Shown here: positions 16,442 through 25,463 of the stretch, one piece after another
How the letters are laid out: every line of letters begins with the position of its first letter
How positions within the stretch are numbered: the first letter of the stretch is position 1
Origin: Oligoflexales bacterium
GTDB taxonomy: Bacteria > Bdellovibrionota_B > Oligoflexia > Oligoflexales > Bog-1112
DNA length: 26,126 bases
Direction of reading: 5' to 3'
NCBI GenBank assembly: GCA_045106415.1
Contig: JBGCEP010000016.1
Span: 1 to 26,126 of the forward strand
Made by a program: the position numbers and the translations under genes
Notes under the pieces: model-generated
Database searches by the model: none
What the model was told of the DNA's origin: nothing
Seen by the model: only the letters and a program-made list of their open reading frames with translations

Positions 16442-18763
16442 CTATACAGGTTTTTGCTTCAATGTTGAGTGAGCAAGTTGTTCCAAATATGGCAACGGCT
16501 CTCCTGGCTCTCCGTACCATCTTTTATAATAAAAATAGTTCCTTAAGATCAATTTTACATAAGAACGCGTTTCTGAATAAGGTATGCTCTCAATAAACAA
16601 AAAGATGTCATCTCGCGAAAAACGTTTCATCCATTTTTTAGCTGCTGTAGAGCCTGCGTTATAAGCCGAGAGTGCATAAACAGGGTTTTCAAACCTTTTG
16701 AGTAAGCCATGCAAATGATTCACACCTAAAATAATATTTGCTGTTGCATCCATAAGTTTTTTTGAAGAAGGTTTCTGTAGAGATTTCTTCAAGCCCTGTG
16801 AGACATAAGACTCGGTTAATTTTTTAGCCTCCCCTTTTGCTGTTGCTCTCATCAGCTGCATCAAACCCACAGCTCCAGCTCCAGATCGGGCTTTGGGGTC
16901 AAACACACTTTCTTGGCGAATCAAAGACAAAACAAAATCAGGATCCATGTCTAAACGGTCCGCGTATTGCTCAACCACGTCATTAAATCTCCGAGGAAAT
17001 AGTAAACGCTCTGTTAAACTAGGCAACCCCTGGCGAAAACTTCTAGGAATTTTTCCGTAAACAATAATTGACTTTAACCAATCTCCACCCGCATGAAGAA
17101 CAAGGGATTGAATCATAGAAAGATGAGGACGAGAAACATCATAACCAAGCTCCGCGACTTCACATCGAGCTTCTTTTTGTAGACCGAGCCGCAATAGCGT
17201 AGCTGATCGAAGCGTTGTTTGTCTTTCCTCTTCAGTCAACACTCCAAGCAGATCTGCTAAACGAATTTGCCCTGTTCTCGCAGGAAAAAGCTGATAAGTT
17301 TTCCCCTCTACAGACTCCACTAAATAATGCCCCAGCGCACCGTAATATGTAGAATAATATTCACGGGCAACACGCTTCCAATACATAACTGCTCGCTCTT
17401 TTTTATTTTGTTGTAAAGAAATACGTCCTAACCAAAAAAGAGCAAACCCTAAAGACGAGACTTCTCTTTCGTCACGCGGTATTTCATCTTGCAAGGCAAC
17501 TAAACGAAAACCTGCTTGCTCCGCTTTCATAAATTCGTTGCGACTTACATAAATCAACAAAAGATGATTCAGTCCTTGCTCAACTTCTTTATGCTGAGGA
17601 TAAGAAGCGACAAAATCTTCAAATACGGATATTGCTTCTGGTATTTTAGACTGATTTTCAAGAACTTTAGCCTTCAACAAAAGAGCATTTCCTCTATGGT
17701 CAGAGGGCTGCTTTGAATACTTCAATATATTCTCAATATGAGCCAACGCCTGTGAATAACGGTCTTGTTGCCAATAAAGCCTGGCAATACGCAGATCAAT
17801 TTCACTTTTACCACGTTCGCCCCAGATGTTTTCCCACTGACCAGAAAAATCACGCCATGTTTGACGACTTCTCTCATATCCACGTCGACGATAACAGCGC
17901 GCAATTTTATGAAGTGATTCTGTAGCTAGCTCAAACCCTTCAGAGCTTTTCACCTTTTCTCTCAAACCAATCAATAATTGATCCCGAGCCGAAGAACAAC
18001 GAGAACGGCTGGCTAAAGCCTTCGCGTAAGAAAGGTGGTAGACAAAGAGTTCTTTGCTTGCTTTAGGAGTTAACCAAGGATAGCGCACAACAAGCTCAGG
18101 GTCTTTGTGAAGAAGACCTTTGAGCAATAATCGCACTTGTTCTTTTTTCTCATGAGGGACTACTTTTAAAACATCCCTTAAGTATCTCTTCCTATCTGCA
18201 GATTGCATTTGCGACAACCAGGCCACAGATTTCACAATTCTATCAGGGTGCATTGGTAGAGCACTCTCTCTACGGAGGTGACTAAGTACAAGATCTTTCT
18301 TAGCGCAACTTCTCCCCCCCGCCAAATCAAGGCCTTCACTATATTTTCGCAGCTGGCTCAGCGTCACACCAGGCACTTTCATTAACTCAGCAAAAACATA
18401 AGGTATTAAAACCGAATATTCATGAACACCTAGAGAACTCATATTTTTCTCTATTCTTTCAACAAGATCTCTATCGTATTTTTTTCTTTCATTCAAACTC
18501 ACAAGAAGAGCGTAATCTCTTTCCAATAATCCTTCTTGTTCCATCTCTAGAATTTGTTTTTTATTTTTATTTCTAACGGATATTTGACCTGAGTGACGAT
18601 CAAGCCATGACTTCAACTCTAAATCAGCTGAATTGAAACGCCGCCCTAAAGACTCATGCCTTCTTGGAGGAAGAGTTGCATATGCAACATTCACTAAAAA
18701 ACACCCTGAAAAAAACAAATATAAAGGCTTCAGATTAAAATCCAAAGTCATCATCGAGATCAT
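16442..18763 (-). CDS. slt: Soluble lytic murein transglycosylase (Slt-type) with TPR-like helical region; start may be 18751 or 18754
   Basis: Catalytic motif IRQESVFDPKARSGAGAVGLMQLM, plus AYNAG and FIESIPYSETRSYVK. Signal-like N-terminus and helical repeats. Confidence 0.9.
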   Translation of the reverse strand: MISMMTLDFNLKPLYLFFSGCFLVNVAYATLPPRRHESLGRRFNSADLELKSWLDRHSGQISVRNKNKKQILEMEQEGLLERDYALLVSLNERKKYDRDLVERIEKNMSSLGVHEYSVLIPYVFAELMKVPGVTLSQLRKYSEGLDLAGGRSCAKKDLVLSHLRRESALPMHPDRIVKSVAWLSQMQSADRKRYLRDVLKVVPHEKKEQVRLLLKGLLHKDPELVVRYPWLTPKASKELFVYHLSYAKALASRSRCSSARDQLLIGLREKVKSSEGFELATESLHKIARCYRRRGYERSRQTWRDFSGQWENIWGERGKSEIDLRIARLYWQQDRYSQALAHIENILKYSKQPSDHRGNALLLKAKVLENQSKIPEAISVFEDFVASYPQHKEVEQGLNHLLLIYVSRNEFMKAEQAGFRLVALQDEIPRDEREVSSLGFALFWLGRISLQQNKKERAVMYWKRVAREYYSTYYGALGHYLVESVEGKTYQLFPARTGQIRLADLLGVLTEEERQTTLRSATLLRLGLQKEARCEVAELGYDVSRPHLSMIQSLVLHAGGDWLKSIIVYGKIPRSFRQGLPSLTERLLFPRRFNDVVEQYADRLDMDPDFVLSLIRQESVFDPKARSGAGAVGLMQLMRATAKGEAKKLTESYVSQGLKKSLQKPSSKKLMDATANIILGVNHLHGLLKRFENPVYALSAYNAGSTAAKKWMKRFSRDDIFLFIESIPYSETRSYVKLILRNYFYYKRWYGEPGEPLPYLEQLAHSTLKQKPV

Positions 18764-20027
18764 CTATATCTCCATCATCACCGAAACCAAAAACAGTTTC
18801 TGGCTTAGTTCCATTTTGTGGTTGAGCAAGAAGAGATTCTTCAGCAATTTCTTCTAGCGGTGATTCTGTTGGTTTTGATGTGCTTGGAACTTGTCTTGAG
18901 GCTTTAGCAAAAGTAGGATCAAGTGTATTTGCTTCAAAGAAGCATTTTTTAGCTTCGGAAGGTTTGCCCCATCTTTGAAACCCAACTCCCTTGTTAAACA
19001 TCAAGCGAGATTTCAATGAGCTATCATCGCTGACAAGATTCATTGAAGTTTCATATAGCGACATTCCATGCTCATAACGACCTTGCCTCATAGACAGAAC
19101 CGCAGAAGTATTAAAAACAGAAGCAAGTTCTCTTTGCTCCGCTTCTCTCAATAAACCTAGAGCTTCATTGACATCACCCTCAACCAGTGCACAAGTCCCC
19201 TCTCCTTGAACAGCTTCTTTATGCCGTGGCTCTAAGGCCTGTGCATCTTGAAAGCTTTTTTTCGCTTCTTGATACCTTTGAAGCCTCATGAAATTTTTCC
19301 CTATTTCAACAAGTCTATCTACATGAAAAGGATTCAAGACATTCGCTTTTTCATAAAGCTCAGAAGCTCTGTCATGTTTATTAATTTTTACAAAACAACG
19401 CCCCAGTAAATGAAGAGCTCTTACATAAGGAGGTTGCCGATGCTCCCAAGGTTCTAATAAAGAAATTGCATCCATCCATCTTTCTTGTTGAATATAAAGA
19501 TCTGCAAGCTCTATTGCGACTCGAGGATTATCAGGCAGCTTCAATCTTAACTCTTCAACAGCCACAATCACTGATTCTATGCGTCCACTTCTTTTTGCAT
19601 CAGAAAATCCTGATAAGACATCTCTCAAGGGAGCTTCTTGCTCTTCAGATTCAGAAATATTTTCAATAATATCTCGAATTTTATTCCTTGAAATCTCACC
19701 TGTATGGATGTGATGCACAGAATACTCACAACCGACAGCAATGACCTCATCTGTTAGTGTTTTTCCCACTAAAATCACTGGACGAGTTTCTAAAGATGAG
19801 TCCTTGCGCAAGTGATCTAAAACAGAAACGACTGCAGATCGCCCCAACTCCCAATCAGCAATCAAAAGCATTCTCGGTTTTTCAAGCATCACTTCATATG
19901 CTTGATCACCATCGGACGTCATTTCAACTTTTGTAACACCAAGTCTACGTATTTCTTCCCGAAAAGCTTCACGCAAATCCATACGACTTGCAAATATCAT
20001 TGCTGAAGGTATCGTTTTAGACTTCAA
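18735..20027 (-). CDS. Atypical (pseudo-)receiver domain plus TPR-repeat protein with acidic C-terminal tail
   Basis: CheY-like pattern (DGDQAYEVM, LLIADW, LRKDSSLETRPVILV) followed by several TPRs (ALHLLGRCF, ANVLNPFHVDR, MFNKGVGF). Confidence 0.75.
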   Translation of the reverse strand: MKSKTIPSAMIFASRMDLREAFREEIRRLGVTKVEMTSDGDQAYEVMLEKPRMLLIADWELGRSAVVSVLDHLRKDSSLETRPVILVGKTLTDEVIAVGCEYSVHHIHTGEISRNKIRDIIENISESEEQEAPLRDVLSGFSDAKRSGRIESVIVAVEELRLKLPDNPRVAIELADLYIQQERWMDAISLLEPWEHRQPPYVRALHLLGRCFVKINKHDRASELYEKANVLNPFHVDRLVEIGKNFMRLQRYQEAKKSFQDAQALEPRHKEAVQGEGTCALVEGDVNEALGLLREAEQRELASVFNTSAVLSMRQGRYEHGMSLYETSMNLVSDDSSLKSRLMFNKGVGFQRWGKPSEAKKCFFEANTLDPTFAKASRQVPSTSKPTESPLEEIAEESLLAQPQNGTKPETVFGFGDDGDIDDLDDDFGF

Positions 20028-20036
20028 TTCATTACC

Positions 20037-20696
20037 TTAAGTTGCATCAGGTTGGGTAGCTGATGTTTTGAGTGGGTTCTCAGCCATCAGTTGAATATGA
20101 AGGTTTTCTGTTTCTGTAATAAGGTTACGTAGCCAAAGCTCTAATCGATCAACAAGGGTTTTTGCACACTCTTTCCATTCACCATTTTTTTGTTTTGACT
20201 TCAGGTCATGAATCATACGAACCAATAAGCCAGCCAGTGCGCAGGTTGCTGCTAAATTCAAATGAGAGCGATCCATTAAAGCATGAACATGCTCTAACAG
20301 CTCAACCATAAGGTTTAAATCCTCACAAAAATCTACATACTCTGCAGGAGGCTTCTCTATCCGATGTTGCCAACACACGACAGCAACTTTAGGTGTCGAC
20401 CTTTGCAAAGCCGCAGCAAGTTCACGAATCGCATCTAAAGACTCAAGAGCTAGAGTCACAGGAGAATCTACACAAATCTTAAGAAGACTCTCTTCGTTTA
20501 AAACCCTTTCTCTATCCCCAAAAGCAGGAAAACCTTCTTCATCTAAAGCAATTGCATGTTGATTAAGCTCCATGCTGGTCACAACCGATCCTTTATCTAG
20601 GAGGGTTTTTCCAATCCAGTCCATAGCATCATTTAAGCTGTGGACTGGTACCGGAACTGGGACCTTCATTTCACCAATAAATAGTTGTCTCAGCAT
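20037..20696 (-). CDS. Hypothetical protein (small beta-rich N-domain plus helical bundle)
   Basis: 219-aa ORF packed between neighbours with 6-9 bp gaps. It resembles, from memory only, hypothetical proteins of flagellin-glycosylation loci. Confidence 0.7.
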   Translation of the reverse strand: MLRQLFIGEMKVPVPVPVHSLNDAMDWIGKTLLDKGSVVTSMELNQHAIALDEEGFPAFGDRERVLNEESLLKICVDSPVTLALESLDAIRELAAALQRSTPKVAVVCWQHRIEKPPAEYVDFCEDLNLMVELLEHVHALMDRSHLNLAATCALAGLLVRMIHDLKSKQKNGEWKECAKTLVDRLELWLRNLITETENLHIQLMAENPLKTSATQPDAT

Positions 20697-20702
20697 ATTT
20701 GA

Positions 20703-22553
20703 TCATCCCGCTGAACTGGTTTTTACCTTTTTCAGAGATCTTTCGACCTGCTTTTGAAGAGCAACAGCTCTTTCATCGGCAGGGTCAGATTTAAGAATAT
20801 CTTTTAAAAGAGTAAGCGCTTCTTCATGCCGATGAGCTCTATACATAAGACCCGCTAAAGAATACGACATGTTGTGATCCGTAGGGTGAATTTTCAAGTA
20901 CGATTGAACAACATTTATCGCATCTGTGTAGTTTTCTCGTTCTTGAGAAAGTTGAACACATGAGAAAATAGCTGGCGTATTCTCAGGGTTTAACGTCAAT
21001 GCCTGAAGGATCCATTTATTCGCTTCATCAAGTTCACCCATTCCTTGAAACGCTAATCCCATACCAAGATTTGCCATTTCATCATTTGGTGCAAGAGCAA
21101 CCGCCTTCTCAAAGTGCATAACTGCAATGTCATATTTATTTTGAGTAAGATCAATAGTACCCAAACCAATACACGCTTTGTATGAATATGGATCCATTTC
21201 TGAAGCCTTCATGTAAGCATCCTTACCAGCCTCACTGTCGCCAAGCTTCGTAAAACAATCCCCAATCAGACGATAGAGATTAGCTCGATGATAAGGAGGG
21301 ATATCTTCTTCCTTATCCATTTCTTCAATGAGGTCAATGGCGACTAGGTACTGCTGAGAAGAAACTTTTGCCTCCACTTCAGCAATCTGTCTATCTATCA
21401 TTGAAATCTGCACAGGATGAATACTTTGCGTCGCATAATCTAATGCTGCTTCAAATTTTTCACGATACAAATCTCTATTCTCAAGATCGTTTATTTTATC
21501 TAAATTCTTATTAGAAATATCTTTCAGAAGATTATGTGCTGAAAAACCTTTTTTAATCGAATCAGAAAGAGAGGCAACTCCGTGAATGACAAAGTCCAAC
21601 CGATGTTTCCCAACATACTCATCAACAAGAGGAGTTCGACAAGCAAGAACCGGGAGGCCATGCGCCATACCTACTAAGAGACGAAACGGATCACCTTCAA
21701 TGCGATCCCTTGCTGCTTGTGCTCCGTAGTACAGCATATCTGCAGCACTAAACACAGCTTGTTGAGCTTGACGGCTTGGATGAACATGAATCACTTGTCG
21801 CTCAAGGCCAAGCTCAATCGCTCTTGCTCTCACCTCTTTGCTAAAAGAGCCAATTCCGTACAATAACACTCGAATATCTTCAGCAAAATCTGGAGTTTCA
21901 TTTTTTAATTTTTTAACAGCATGAAGAAGTTCCAACAAACCTTCTTCCCACTCTATTTGGCCCGTATATGCAATGACTCGATGCATTGATTGTAGCTCAA
22001 GAACTTTACGAGCTTCTTCTCTTGCTTGAGGTGACCTCGAAGCGATTTGAGCAACCCATGGCTTTAAGTCAATCACTCTCTCTTCTGGGACACCTTCTAA
22101 AAGAAGAGCCTCTCGAGCACCTTTTGATTGAACAATAAAAGCATCAGCAGCAGCTGTTATCTCTTGACGAATAGTCCGCATACTCTTGATATCTTCAGCT
22201 GGGAATGCCGTCATGTTGTCTACCCAAACCATGAGACGAAAACCATAACGCCAACGAGCTTTCAAAGATTGATATGCATAAACTCCAAGCCTTTCTTTTA
22301 CAATCACAACATCATAGCCTTTGAGAGCATTTTCAAGACCTGGAAGATACGTTGGATTTTCATCATGATCAGGCAACGCCACACAAGTTAGATCTTCAAA
22401 GCTACACGTTTCAGCGAGATAGCCACAAATAGACTCCGAAGCAATCAACTCAAGGTCATACGTTTGTGAAAGAAGTTGAAATTGATCAATCTCTTCAACC
22501 GACGGTAGGGTGCCGTACACCAGCGCCAACCGTTGTTTTTGTGATTTGTTCAT
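20703..22553 (-). CDS. GT4-like (GT-B) glycosyltransferase domain fused to C-terminal TPR repeats
   Basis: Start re-assigned to ATG 22553 (GGAG RBS). GT-B patterns ADAFIVQS, LLYGIGS and MAHGLPVLA. TPRs include LYRLIGDCF, FEKAVALAPND and ALTLNPEN. Confidence 0.8.
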   Translation of the reverse strand: MNKSQKQRLALVYGTLPSVEEIDQFQLLSQTYDLELIASESICGYLAETCSFEDLTCVALPDHDENPTYLPGLENALKGYDVVIVKERLGVYAYQSLKARWRYGFRLMVWVDNMTAFPAEDIKSMRTIRQEITAAADAFIVQSKGAREALLLEGVPEERVIDLKPWVAQIASRSPQAREEARKVLELQSMHRVIAYTGQIEWEEGLLELLHAVKKLKNETPDFAEDIRVLLYGIGSFSKEVRARAIELGLERQVIHVHPSRQAQQAVFSAADMLYYGAQAARDRIEGDPFRLLVGMAHGLPVLACRTPLVDEYVGKHRLDFVIHGVASLSDSIKKGFSAHNLLKDISNKNLDKINDLENRDLYREKFEAALDYATQSIHPVQISMIDRQIAEVEAKVSSQQYLVAIDLIEEMDKEEDIPPYHRANLYRLIGDCFTKLGDSEAGKDAYMKASEMDPYSYKACIGLGTIDLTQNKYDIAVMHFEKAVALAPNDEMANLGMGLAFQGMGELDEANKWILQALTLNPENTPAIFSCVQLSQERENYTDAINVVQSYLKIHPTDHNMSYSLAGLMYRAHRHEEALTLLKDILKSDPADERAVALQKQVERSLKKVKTSSAG

Positions 22554-22572
22554 GACGCATTCTCCAAGAAAC

Positions 22573-22926
22573 TTATATAGATCGTTGAAAACCACTCGGG
22601 TTCTGTGAACTTGACTGAAACTTACGAATATGAACTTTACCTTTTCTAAGCTCTATCCGCTGCACTTTTAGGTCATCCATCACCTGATTTAAAGCTTCCT
22701 TCAAAAGGCGATCTTGCCTTAACATATCTTCCATATGCACTCTCGACACACTATGATCTGCGGCGTAGTAACGAAAATTGCAAAAAGCCATCTTCCTCTT
22801 TCGAAGAAGAACTAATGCCTCCGTAACCATCAGCGAATCAAGAAGACATAGAGCCTCCTCTCCTCTTTCAAGGCAGACACTCAACGCCCGATCCGCTTTT
22901 GTGGAGTCACCATGCATAGAGACCAC
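22573..22926 (-). CDS. Small helical protein, tentatively FliT-like flagellar chaperone
   Basis: About 115 aa, all-helical. The pattern LL.KRK...ML.QD..L...L......L......LRKGK..I.KF is reminiscent of FliT. First gene of the operon. Confidence 0.45.
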   Translation of the reverse strand: MVSMHGDSTKADRALSVCLERGEEALCLLDSLMVTEALVLLRKRKMAFCNFRYYAADHSVSRVHMEDMLRQDRLLKEALNQVMDDLKVQRIELRKGKVHIRKFQSSSQNPSGFQRSI

Positions 22927-22946
22927 TCTTAGATGAACCTGTGTTC

Positions 22947-22976
22947 ATTCTATCGCTCAACCTAGTTTCGAGTCAA
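22947..22976 (-). promoter_or_regulatory. Candidate sigma-70 promoter of the five-gene operon
   Basis: TTGACT-N18-TAGAAT on the minus strand just upstream of 22926, with an AT-rich tract further upstream. Confidence 0.5.
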
Positions 22977-23528
22977 AATCACTTAAAAAATAAGATTTTT
23001 ATCACTTAAAGAAATAAATTCATGAAATACAAAAAAATATGAAACCTCATTGATATTTCAGTGTTTAACAAAAAACGCTAAAGTTTCAACAAATCGTAAC
23101 GCTTCTCAAAAAATAAAGATAAGTTTCTTAATTTAAAGCTTAAAGTTATTATAGGCAATTTTTTACTATAAAGTATGCACAAAATATATACCATCTCACC
23201 AAAAGCATGAAAAATAAAAAATGCTATTGTGAATTTAATTAAATCTACCTACGCTGATTTAAAATCAGATTTTTGCCTTCAGCGAAGACAGCTCCACTTC
23301 TCTCATATCAGATTATGGTGATTTTATTTATGCATTAAATCACAATAAGTTGATAAGCCCTGATTTTAAAGAAATATTTTCTATATAATAGTATAGAAAA
23401 TACTCTACCTTGGCATATCTTTCTTGTGGATTTGTGAATTCAAGATATTTTTAAATCAGCTCAAATCATGACAGAAATATTTGATAAATATATGGATATT
23501 CCCATAAAGTCATCAAGATAAAATGATG

Positions 23529-23579
23529 AAAAAATTAGACGTATCAAACTCAATTTTTTAGTCTGATACGTCTAATTTT
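23529..23579 (-). terminator. Intrinsic terminator downstream of the 24669 lipoprotein gene
   Basis: AAAATTAGACGTATCA / TGATACGTCTAATTTT form 16-bp arms (20 with a G-U pair on the minus strand), ending in T6, 16 bp after the stop codon. Confidence 0.8.
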
Positions 23580-23595
23580 GGGATCTATCATAGGC

Positions 23596-24669
23596 TTAAT
23601 TTGCATCAGTTTGGAAAGGAGTCACCGTATCCTTATAAGAAGAGTCACCAAAGACTCCTTTATGCGCTTGTGTAAATCCAGTAGGAAGAATTTCGCTCAC
23701 GCTAAAGCTGGTTATACTAGAACAATTTGTACTATCGACTTTATCGAGAGTTTTAGCATCAAGACAGATATCTAAATAATCTTCTGTATTGCTACAAAGA
23801 GTATCGATAACCGATTGATCAGGTTCCGCAAATATTCCTTTAGCATAAATATATGTGCCATCAGAACGAAGTCGAACCCCACAACTTACACCTGATCCCA
23901 TCGAGTGGTTTGCTCCCAAAGATATTTCAAATGAATTTTTTTCAGAATTTGCTTTTATCTGCATAAGAGATAATGCAGAAAGACCATCATGGGCTACGCT
24001 TCCGCCAGTTGCACTTCCATCAGATTTATCACCGTCCAAGCCTCCTTCAATAAGCTTATGAGACCCGATAAGTACTTCAATATCATTTGTTGCTGTGTTG
24101 TAGTTGGAATAAACGACATTCCCCGTTGATTGAGTTTCTGTAAGATAAAAATTGCCTCCATCAAGTCCAAATGCTAGTGCGGAAGTTCCTGTTCCATTTG
24201 GCATACCTCCTAAATCTTCCGCACACTGAAACTTTGCAGTCCTACTTATTCCAGAAGGAAAGCTATAAGAAAAATCTTGAGCCGCTTCTTCTTGGCATTT
24301 CTTTTCAGACTCTTGCGCACGTTTATCAAGCTCAGCCATACGCTCATCGATTTTATTAAGGTTGCAACGAATTCTACCTTCAATATCTGAAGGCGCACTG
24401 CCACTACACCCTTCTTTACCTCTAAAGATTCGAATAACCAGCCGCGAAAGAGCTCTGTTTTCGAAGCAGTCTGTATCTCCAGTGTTGCAAAGAACATCCT
24501 CAGCAAAACTTCTTAAATTTAAAGATGTTGACGTTGTTTTTAATCCATCAGGTGTAGCCTCTGCAACAGGCGGTTCTATCTGTGGTGCATTCAGTGACTT
24601 CCCACTCTTATCACCACAGCTTATTAAGCTAAAAGCTATTAGAAAAAATGTACCGTTTTTTTTCACCAT
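23596..24669 (-). CDS. Cys-rich hypothetical lipoprotein
   Basis: MVKKNGTFFLIAFSLIS-C lipobox and GAGGG RBS. About 10 further Cys, with a beta-rich C-terminal half. Confidence 0.75.
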   Translation of the reverse strand: MVKKNGTFFLIAFSLISCGDKSGKSLNAPQIEPPVAEATPDGLKTTSTSLNLRSFAEDVLCNTGDTDCFENRALSRLVIRIFRGKEGCSGSAPSDIEGRIRCNLNKIDERMAELDKRAQESEKKCQEEAAQDFSYSFPSGISRTAKFQCAEDLGGMPNGTGTSALAFGLDGGNFYLTETQSTGNVVYSNYNTATNDIEVLIGSHKLIEGGLDGDKSDGSATGGSVAHDGLSALSLMQIKANSEKNSFEISLGANHSMGSGVSCGVRLRSDGTYIYAKGIFAEPDQSVIDTLCSNTEDYLDICLDAKTLDKVDSTNCSSITSFSVSEILPTGFTQAHKGVFGDSSYKDTVTPFQTDAN

Positions 24670-24838
24670 CGATAAGCCCTCTAGACATAATACATACTCT
24701 ACACCTCTCGGGTTATTGGTATAAATTCTTTAAAAACCCTCTCTCAGAATAATTGCCACTCATTGACACAAGAATCTTTCTGATGTCTAGCCTCTTGTAC
24801 TCAATATAATATAGTTAAGAGCCTCATGCTTTATATAG

Positions 24839-24911
24839 GTGGTAGGCCGGGTAGGTCACCCATCCGGCCCTCAGTTCCCACCCGGCGTGCGCTACTAACG
24901 CACCGGGCGAA
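24839..24911 (-). ncRNA. Group II intron ribozyme domains V and VI
   Basis: DV is TTCGCCCGGTGCGTTAGTAGCGCACGCCGGGTGGGAA (24911-24875). DVI is GGCCGG-ATGGGTGACCTAC-CCGGCC-TACCAC, ending in AC. Confidence 0.85.
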
Positions 24912-24937
24912 CGATGAACTCTTTCAGAGAAGTGGTT

Positions 24938-25463
24938 TTAAAAGAGTTTAAGTACCGCTACAGGCCTTGGCGGAGGAAATCTATTTAGATAAAGCTTGAA
25001 ATCATCTCTATTCATAGATCTTTTCTGACTTCGACGGTTGATCCACTTGAAAAACGCTTCAAGCGCACGGTAGATCACTTTGGACACCTGACCCAGATTA
25101 CCTGAAATACCAAAATAGGCCATGTGACCCTTCAACTTTCTCCTGTACTGCTCCCAAAGGGAGTTTAATGGTAGCTGATTACGCTTGAATCTGGTCCATT
25201 TCGTCAGAGACACTACAGTTCACTTGAAAGACCTCTTCGAGGTCAGAGTCTTACTGACACTATAGCCTCGGCGGGATCGCCTCATGGCAAAAGTAAAACC
25301 CAGAAACTCGAAGGATTTTCTACATTATGAAGATTGTCTCTTATCCAGGGTGAAAACTTTTATCTTACTTGCGTTCATAGCGAATTCAAACCGTGTAAGA
25401 CGCCCTTTCAAAGCAGCCAGCACCCGGCAGATGCCTCTTGAATCCGACAGACAAATACACATA
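24938..25463 (-). pseudogene. Group II intron reverse transcriptase/maturase pseudogene fragment
   Basis: One frame reads MCICLSDSRGICRVLAALKGRLTRFEFAMNASKIKV...SS*CRKSFEFLGFTFAMRRSRRG...FK*TVVSLTKW... with in-frame stops at 25325-25327 and 25220-25222. The 5' part is cut off by the IS. Confidence 0.85.

Larger units (their letters stand above)
24839..25463 (-). mobile_element. Group II intron remnant (3' part: RT6-7, X/maturase domain, domains V and VI)
   Basis: RT/maturase motifs SFEFLGFTF, LKGHMAYFGISGN and KWINRRSQKRS, followed by DV and DVI hairpins. Confidence 0.9.

Noticed and set aside
22554..22595. Longer start of the GT4-TPR ORF
   Set aside because: It overlaps the upstream gene, and ATG 22553 has a good GGAG RBS.
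22931..22943. 13-bp sequence AGATGAACCTGTG shared with 15318-15330
   Set aside because: A single short match, with one copy inside coding sequence, is compatible with chance.
3236..24724. Numerous short ORFs (60-135 aa) nested in or antisense to longer genes
   Set aside because: They overlap well-supported genes and show no recognisable motifs.
24839..25463. RT fragment as a retron, DGR or defence-associated RT
   Set aside because: The X/maturase domain followed by DV/DVI identifies a group II intron. No template/variable repeat pair or msr-msd was seen.
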